Source: Oligoflexus sp.
Lineage (GTDB): Bacteria; Bdellovibrionota_B; Oligoflexia; Oligoflexales; Oligoflexaceae
Assembly (NCBI GenBank): GCA_041736305.1
Contig: JBGSTX010000133.1
Span: forward strand, 1 to 24,422
Direction: 5' to 3'
DNA: 24,422 nt
The translations under genes and the position numbers were made by a program. Shown piece after piece: positions 18,495 through 24,422 of the stretch (the first letter of the stretch is position 1; every line of letters starts with the position of its first letter). The notes under the pieces are model-generated. The model was not told where the DNA came from. It saw only the letters and a program-made list of their open reading frames with translations, and did not search any database.

Positions 18495-20234
18495 ATGTGG
18501 AACAGAATGTTTCGATTCCTAAGCCGATTTTTTTTGCTTCTCTTACTTTTCGCACCCTTTCTTCAATTCCCGGCGGCTCTCGAGGCTGCCGCATCTGATT
18601 CTAACCTACTCGCTCGTGCGCAAGAAGAGTTTTCCCGTCGCAAGTATGAAGAAGCAATGCTCCTCCTCCGCGCCTACCTGCGGAAGCATCCCAAAGATCA
18701 GGATGCCTGGACACGTTTTGCCGCCACCTATTATCACACAGGTCAGGCGAATTATGCCCTCCAGTATCTTCTCAAAGCCAAAAGTTCGCCTGAGCTACGT
18801 ATTTTCAACATGTATTACCGCGCCCTTTGTTACGACGCACTAGGCGACGAAAAGCGCGCTGACCGCCTCCTGCGGAAGGTTATCAAGTCAGAGGACCCCT
18901 TAGCCGAAGACGCCCTTTTTGAAAAGGCCGCTATCGAATTTGACACTGGCGACAAGCAAGCTGCCAAAGATACTGCTCGCGACTATCTACGTCGTTACCG
19001 CGGTGGCCGTCATAGAGCTCAGGCTGATTTCATTCTGAAGAACATCGATAAGGCGAGTAAAGTCGATGTCCCCGAATCGCAGCGGACCCTCTATCGCTCG
19101 AGCTATTTCCAAGTTCACCCTTACTCACTCATGCCGATTCCTCATAGCTGGGTCTATCAACTCGGTTTTTTCTATAAGGGTGGCCAGGAACAGTCGCCGA
19201 CACTCGGCAATACCGGGACCGAAGCTAAGGATTACGAGGAAATCAAAATCTTAAGTCGCATCGGTTTAGCCTTGGGGCCTTTCACCAAAAATTGGTCATC
19301 GACGACAGTCGGCTACTTCTACTCGCAGGATTGGTTGAGCGATAGTGACAGGACTGCGGAGTATCTTGAAGACCCGACCGATCTCGAGTATTTTCTCTTC
19401 CGCCCTGATATGCAGGAGCGTTCTCACCGCTTTTATCTCGACTCTTCAGGAAGCTTCGGGCCGGTGAAAGCTGGCGCCTACGCTCACTTTGAATTCGTGC
19501 GAGGCGGTTCTTCACTCTTTCCTGCACCTGAAAGACCTGAAATCAGGCGCTCGTTCGATATTCGAAACGGCACGATGCTAGCTCCTTACGTGGATTGGGA
19601 AGTGATCCCCGACCATCGCTTGCGATTTTCGCTGCTGCTCGAAAAGGTGTTCGATAGCCAGCAGTCAGCATTTTCATACAAGACCTACAATTTCACGACT
19701 GACGACGAAGATCGCTTTGCCAGCATGCTCATCCAGGAGCATAGCTACTGGCCGGACTATGGGATCCGCGCCTCCTTCGAAATCTTTCGTCTGTCTTCCC
19801 TATACAACGACTTCTGGGAAGGCTCTTCCTCAATCGGTGGAGCGACCCGCTTCGAGTGGGAACCCATACCTTATTTGAGATTTTCAGCTAAAGTCGGCTA
19901 CGCTAGCCGCGACTACCTCTCCGAAGCCATCAAAAGTTCACCCTGCAACCAGACTCCGCAGCAGGGGCCCCGGGGCCCGGCACAGGCTTTCGCCTGTCCT
20001 CGTCATGAAAACACTTTAAAAGCCGAAGGTTCAGCCAATTTTTTCTCAAGCAAACACTCCTCTTTCTCAGTCGTGGGTGGTTATGAGAAGACCGAGAATG
20101 ATACACTGAAGGTATACGATGATACTTCTCAGTACTTCATGATCCGATTCTCGCAGGCCTTTCCTGACCTCAGGACGGGCGCTCAACATATCGAGCCGCC
20201 GCGTGGCTTGTTTCAAACCAGGGAATTCTACTGA
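18495..20234 (+). CDS. TPR-repeat plus probable outer-membrane beta-barrel protein
   Basis: Signal peptide (..AALEA), TPRs (YEEAMLLLRAYL, YYRALCYDALG, ALFEKAAIEF, ARDYLRRYRGG), amphipathic beta-strand-rich C-terminal half ending YFMIRFSQAF plus a short tail. Confidence 0.7.
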   Translation: MWNRMFRFLSRFFLLLLLFAPFLQFPAALEAAASDSNLLARAQEEFSRRKYEEAMLLLRAYLRKHPKDQDAWTRFAATYYHTGQANYALQYLLKAKSSPELRIFNMYYRALCYDALGDEKRADRLLRKVIKSEDPLAEDALFEKAAIEFDTGDKQAAKDTARDYLRRYRGGRHRAQADFILKNIDKASKVDVPESQRTLYRSSYFQVHPYSLMPIPHSWVYQLGFFYKGGQEQSPTLGNTGTEAKDYEEIKILSRIGLALGPFTKNWSSTTVGYFYSQDWLSDSDRTAEYLEDPTDLEYFLFRPDMQERSHRFYLDSSGSFGPVKAGAYAHFEFVRGGSSLFPAPERPEIRRSFDIRNGTMLAPYVDWEVIPDHRLRFSLLLEKVFDSQQSAFSYKTYNFTTDDEDRFASMLIQEHSYWPDYGIRASFEIFRLSSLYNDFWEGSSSIGGATRFEWEPIPYLRFSAKVGYASRDYLSEAIKSSPCNQTPQQGPRGPAQAFACPRHENTLKAEGSANFFSSKHSSFSVVGGYEKTENDTLKVYDDTSQYFMIRFSQAFPDLRTGAQHIEPPRGLFQTREFY

Positions 20235-20842
20235 TGAGCATAGATGATGCCGCCCTTGACTTGATTCATGAAAGCGTCCGACGCCGATCGCAGGTTTTTT
20301 TTTCAGCTTCTGAAGTCCAGGTCGTATTTCAGACGCAGATATTGAGCCTCAAAAACAAATCGATAGTCCTCGCCAACTCGGTGCCGCCTGATTATATCGG
20401 CAAGGTAGCGAAGTCTAGCCAGTTCTTTCTCAAGGTGCAGTCGGTGCGTTTCGTATGCGAGCGCATCCTTTCCGATGGTGTCCATATTCTCTTCCCTCTC
20501 GAAGATATTCGACAGATCGAAGACAGCCGCAGCGCCAAGCGCTTTATGTTCGATACCAATGAAAGAGTCGTGCTCGAAGTCGTCAATCCTATCGACCAGG
20601 AAACTATCCTGCGCAAGGCTGTGCTCGACATGTCGACGACTGGACTATCCATTCGCACCCCCAGGCAGTCGCAGCTCTATGCTCCGGGGCAACAGTTCAA
20701 GGGCATGAAAATTATCATGGATGGCAAGATCTATAATGAGGTCGATGCTCACGTGGTGTACCAACAGGCTTTTCTGAGTCAGAAAGGCAAGAGCTACTGC
20801 CAAGTAGGCTTTAAGTTCGAGATGGAGCACCCGAATCCCTAA
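20234..20842 (+). CDS. PilZ-domain c-di-GMP receptor (YcgR-like two-domain layout)
   Basis: RSAKRF (RxxxR), DMSTTG (DxSxxG), C-terminal VGFKF; overlaps the upstream stop (TGATG). Confidence 0.8.
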   Translation: MSIDDAALDLIHESVRRRSQVFFSASEVQVVFQTQILSLKNKSIVLANSVPPDYIGKVAKSSQFFLKVQSVRFVCERILSDGVHILFPLEDIRQIEDSRSAKRFMFDTNERVVLEVVNPIDQETILRKAVLDMSTTGLSIRTPRQSQLYAPGQQFKGMKIIMDGKIYNEVDAHVVYQQAFLSQKGKSYCQVGFKFEMEHPNP

Positions 20843-20877
20843 TTGGTTTCCCTAGCGAAACAAGGTCTCAATTAAGC

Positions 20878-22320
20878 ATGCAAAAACTCAAGAAACATCA
20901 AAAAATCTATGTCAATCGCTCTTTGAACATGGCGACCATACGGTCCATTGGTTTCGACATGGATCATACGCTCGTCCTCTACAATAGAGAGAATTTTGAA
21001 AGCCTGGCCTTTCATGAAACGGTCAAGAAATTCGTAGCCAACGGCTATCCGGAAGAACTTTCCAAACTCAAGTTCGACCCCAACTTTGTGATCCGCGGAC
21101 TGCTCGTCGACCGTGAGCGCGGCAATCTCTTGAAAGTCGACGCCCATAAATACGTTAAAATCGCCTCGCACGGCCACCGCCGCCTCGAGAAAGAAGAGCG
21201 CTACGAACTCTATAATGCCAAGAGTTTCAAGGCGGATGATTTCCTTACAGTAGATACCTTCTTCGCTTTGAGCGAGACGCAGCTCTTCACGGAAATCGTC
21301 GACTACATGCGTCGGCATCCCGATTCGGTCGGCAAGACGTTTAGAGCCGTCTATCAGGACCTGCGCGAGTGGATCGATCTTTCTCACCAGGACGGTAGTA
21401 TCAAAAACTTAGTTCTCACCGATCCCGAGCGTTACATCGTGCGCGATAAGCACCTAGTGGAAACTTTGGTAAAGCTCATCGACGGTGGCAAAAAGCTTTT
21501 CGTCATCACCAACTCTGACTGGACCTACACCAATTCTGTCATGAGTTACCTACTCAACGATCTGCACGACGACTTCCCGCGTTGGCAGGACTACTTTGAG
21601 TACATCATCGTCAGCGCGGGTAAGCCAAACTTTTTTACAGGGAGCAATCCCTTCTACGAAGTCGTGCCTGAGAAAGAAGGTCTGCTTAAGCTCCACCGCG
21701 GCCCGCTCGAGCCGAAGAAAATATACCATGGCGGTAACGCCATTCTTTTTGAAAAGTTAACGCGGCAGAAAGGTGATCAGATTCTTTACTGCGGCGATCA
21801 TATCTATGGCGATATCCAGCGTTCGAAGGAACTCTTCAACTGGCGCACCCTGCTCGTCGTCCAAGAGCTCGAAGAAGAGCTTTTCAAACTTGAAAAATTG
21901 CGCCCTGAATTTGAACGCATCGTCGACTCTATCCGTCTCGAGGAAGAGATCCAAGAAGAAGCCCAGGCGCTTCGTTCCGAGATCGGCAATCTGCAGCGGC
22001 GACTGAAGATGAACAGTTCGGATCGGCAAAAAGAGCAGAAGAGTCTGCAGCGTTTCAAGGAGTACCAGGACCAGCTCATGCATAAGGAAACGCAGCTCAT
22101 CGAGCAGCATAAAATCATCAAAGAGCTGATCGACAAGCGCGAGAAATCTGTGCATCCCATCTGGGGCGAGCTAATGCGAACCAGTCTTGAACGCAGCCGT
22201 TTCGCCAAGCAAGTGGAATCCTATGCCTGTCTCTATACGAGTCGAGTGACCCATTTGCGCTTCTACTCATGTAGCCAGAAGTTCCGCTCCTACCGGGACA
22301 TGATGCCGCATGATCTTTAA
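20878..22320 (+). CDS. HAD-IG family 5'-nucleotidase (cN-II-like IMP/GMP nucleotidase)
   Basis: IYVNRSLNM, GFDMDHTL (DxD), IRGLLVD, ITNSDW, AGKPNFF, YHGGN, LYCGDHIYGDI, WRTLLVVQELEEE, C-terminal MPHD. Confidence 0.95.
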   Translation: MQKLKKHQKIYVNRSLNMATIRSIGFDMDHTLVLYNRENFESLAFHETVKKFVANGYPEELSKLKFDPNFVIRGLLVDRERGNLLKVDAHKYVKIASHGHRRLEKEERYELYNAKSFKADDFLTVDTFFALSETQLFTEIVDYMRRHPDSVGKTFRAVYQDLREWIDLSHQDGSIKNLVLTDPERYIVRDKHLVETLVKLIDGGKKLFVITNSDWTYTNSVMSYLLNDLHDDFPRWQDYFEYIIVSAGKPNFFTGSNPFYEVVPEKEGLLKLHRGPLEPKKIYHGGNAILFEKLTRQKGDQILYCGDHIYGDIQRSKELFNWRTLLVVQELEEELFKLEKLRPEFERIVDSIRLEEEIQEEAQALRSEIGNLQRRLKMNSSDRQKEQKSLQRFKEYQDQLMHKETQLIEQHKIIKELIDKREKSVHPIWGELMRTSLERSRFAKQVESYACLYTSRVTHLRFYSCSQKFRSYRDMMPHDL

Positions 22321-22427
22321 GCCGAAGAGCCTTGCAAGCAAGTTTGGACCAGCTCAGGAATCATTGATATATTAGCTCAAACTGCTCGTTTTTGACCTGA
22401 AGGCCAAAGCTTTTCGTGCCGTTTTTC

Positions 22428-22454
22428 TACGCTTTTCCAAGTAAATACCGATAT
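22428..22454 (+). promoter_or_regulatory. Possible sigma28-like promoter upstream of the PKS
   Basis: TACGCTTT-N11-ACCGATAT, ending 58 nt before ATG 22513. Confidence 0.25.
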
Positions 22455-22512
22455 GAGCCCTCGAGTTCCCGCCTTCTTCGAAAGCCGGGATTACGTATGA
22501 AAGGGCACCTTC

Positions 22513-24422
22513 ATGTCAGATAGGTCTGACAACAATGACTCAAACTTGGCAAAGCTTTTTGCCAAGCACATGGACGTCATACTCCGACAGCTCGAACTGC
22601 TAGAGAAAGAACAGAAGAATCCAGCCCCGACTGCTGCGAGCAGCTCCGCTAACTTGAAAGCCCTAGTTCCGGTCGGAGCTAGCAAAGCTAAAATCGCCGT
22701 CATAGGTATGGCCGGCCGCTTCCCTGGGGCCCAGAGCGTCGCTGAATTCTGGAAGAACCTCAACGCCGGAGTCGAGTCGATCTCAACTTTTGAGCCTGAG
22801 GAAATTGATAGAGCTGTAGCAGCCGCCGACCGAGAGCACCCCAACTACGGCCGTTCGCGAGGGATCCTCGCCGATGCTGACAAGTTCGATGCCGCGTTTT
22901 TCCGTATCAGTCCCCGTGAAGCAAAAATAATCGATCCTCAGCAACGCATTTTTCTCGAGCTGGCCTACCAGGCGCTACAGGACGCAGCCTACGACCCTGA
23001 GCGCTTTCCGGGTGAAATTGGTGTTTTCGCAGGAGTCGGCGACAACTTCTATCACATCAATAATGTGCTCGACAAAAAAGACCTTATTAAGCAGGTCGGT
23101 AGTCTCTCGACAACTGTTGGCAACATGAAAGACTACGTAGCGACGCGGGTATCCTACAAACTCAACCTACGCGGTCCCAGCATCAGTCTCAACACGGCTT
23201 GCTCGACCTCCTTGGTTGCAGTTGATCAAGCTGTCTGGTCACTTCGAAACGGTCACTGCTCGATGGCTCTGGCCGGAGCCGCGACTATCTATGTCCCGCA
23301 AAAAGCCGGCTTTATGCACGGCCCCGGGCTACCCTTTGCGAGCGATGGCCACGTGCGGCCCTTCAGCGCCGATGCCACAGGAGTTCTCTTCAGCGATGGT
23401 GCGGGCGTCGTCGTCCTCAAGCGTCTCGAAGATGCCGAGAGAGACGGTGACCACATCTATGGCGTGATCATCGGCAGTGCGACGAACAATGATGGTGCCG
23501 AAAAAGTCAGCTTCTTCGCTCCCAGTGTTTCGGGTCAAGCGCGGGTCATCACCAAAGCTCTGGAAGACGCCGGGGTTTCGGCGGCGACGATTTCCTTCAT
23601 CGAAGCGCATGCTACAGGTACCCTGCTGGGTGATCCTGTAGAATTCGAGGGTTTAAAAACGGCCTTTGCCCCCTACACCGATAAAAAAGGTTTCTGCGCC
23701 CTCGGAGCTTTCAAGGGTAACATCGGCCATACAGATTCCGCCGCAGGGATTACAGGCCTGATCAAGGCCCTTCTCGCCATCAAACATCGCAGCTTGCCAC
23801 CGAGTCTCAACTTTCGCTTGGCCAATCCGGCTATCGACCTCGATAATTCGCCCTTCTTCGTTCCTGAAAAAGCTGTTTCACTGATGAGCGGAGAGCTACC
23901 TTTACGCGCTGGAATTAGCGCATTTGGCTTTGGCGGAACCAACTGCCATGTCATCATTGAAGAAGCCCCAAAATCAGCTGCCACATCGAGCGGCTATCCT
24001 CAGCAGCTCCTCTTGATCTCAGCAGAAACACCTGAAGCCCTTGCGCGAGCGCGTCGCGATCTCAGAACGCATCTAGAACGGGAGACTAAATTACCTTTGG
24101 CTGACGTTGCCTATACTCTCGCCGAGGGACGCAAGGCGTTTAGCTATCGTAGCTATTTCACTGTTGGCGATCGCCAAGAGGCCCTTAAGGCACTAGATGG
24201 CGATGACACCGTTCACGAGCTCGAACTTGGCGCAGAAATTGCCGCAGCCTTTATTTTTCCCGGTCAAGGAATTCAGTCGATCAACATGGGGCGCGAGCTC
24301 TATGAGTCCCAGCCCAGTTTTAGAAAGACTCTGGACTCCTGTGCCGACATGCTGAAAGCTCATATCGATATCGATATGCGGCAGCTGCTCTTTCCGAGTC
24401 AAAATCTCGAAGCGGCGGCGCT
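22513..24422 (+). CDS. Type I polyketide synthase, KS domain and start of AT (3' end beyond window)
   Basis: Manual translation: IAVIGMAGRFPGA, FDAAFFRISPREA, DPQQRIFLE, NTACSTSLVA (Cys at 23200-23202), EAHATGT, KGNIGHTDSAAG, SAFGFGGTNCH, LADVAYTL, AFIFPGQG (AT entry). Confidence 0.97.
   Translation, partial: MSDRSDNNDSNLAKLFAKHMDVILRQLELLEKEQKNPAPTAASSSANLKALVPVGASKAKIAVIGMAGRFPGAQSVAEFWKNLNAGVESISTFEPEEIDRAVAAADREHPNYGRSRGILADADKFDAAFFRISPREAKIIDPQQRIFLELAYQALQDAAYDPERFPGEIGVFAGVGDNFYHINNVLDKKDLIKQVGSLSTTVGNMKDYVATRVSYKLNLRGPSISLNTACSTSLVAVDQAVWSLRNGHCSMALAGAATIYVPQKAGFMHGPGLPFASDGHVRPFSADATGVLFSDGAGVVVLKRLEDAERDGDHIYGVIIGSATNNDGAEKVSFFAPSVSGQARVITKALEDAGVSAATISFIEAHATGTLLGDPVEFEGLKTAFAPYTDKKGFCALGAFKGNIGHTDSAAGITGLIKALLAIKHRSLPPSLNFRLANPAIDLDNSPFFVPEKAVSLMSGELPLRAGISAFGFGGTNCHVIIEEAPKSAATSSGYPQQLLLISAETPEALARARRDLRTHLERETKLPLADVAYTLAEGRKAFSYRSYFTVGDRQEALKALDGDDTVHELELGAEIAAAFIFPGQGIQSINMGRELYESQPSFRKTLDSCADMLKAHIDIDMRQLLFPSQNLEAAA

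Noticed and set aside
22337-22393. Possible terminator after the nucleotidase (AGCAAGTTTG...CAAACTGCT then T-run)
   Set aside because: Bulged stem with a loop of about 30 nt; too weak to call.
24361-24378. Perfect 18-bp palindrome CATATCGATATCGATATG
   Set aside because: Inside the PKS coding sequence; explained by His-Ile-Asp-Ile-Asp-Met codons (repeated ATC GAT).
22491-24402. Short ORFs listed across the right end of the window
   Set aside because: Antisense or off-frame shadows of the PKS gene.

Overview
Gene-dense bacterial chromosomal segment. Its gene content (DUF1592/DUF1552 pair, cN-II-type nucleotidase, TPR-barrel, GYF_2 and PilZ proteins) suggests Bdellovibrionota/Oligoflexia or a related deltaproteobacterial-type lineage; this is inference. 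In order: secD (runs off the left edge, missed by the ORF track), an FNR-type oxidoreductase, an MscS channel, a DUF1592-type heme lipoprotein plus DUF1552 partner, a minus-strand CPBP-trmL-hisC-sixA operon, a degenerate S41 peptidase homolog, and a PepD homolog. Next is a divergent envelope/signalling locus: [TPR-beta-barrel <- GYF_2 membrane protein <- PP2C phosphatase <- DUF429-like] and [TPR-beta-barrel -> PilZ -> cN-II 5'-nucleotidase]. The window ends in the 5' part of a type I PKS with a hybrid-type KS (runs off the right edge, missed by the ORF track). I saw no rRNA, tRNA, CRISPR array or mobile element. The best candidate for an undescribed system is the PP2C/GYF_2/TPR-barrel trans-envelope operon and its divergent TPR-barrel/PilZ operon. 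Three enzyme homologs with altered catalytic motifs are also notable. All family calls come from motif recognition by eye; no database search was run.
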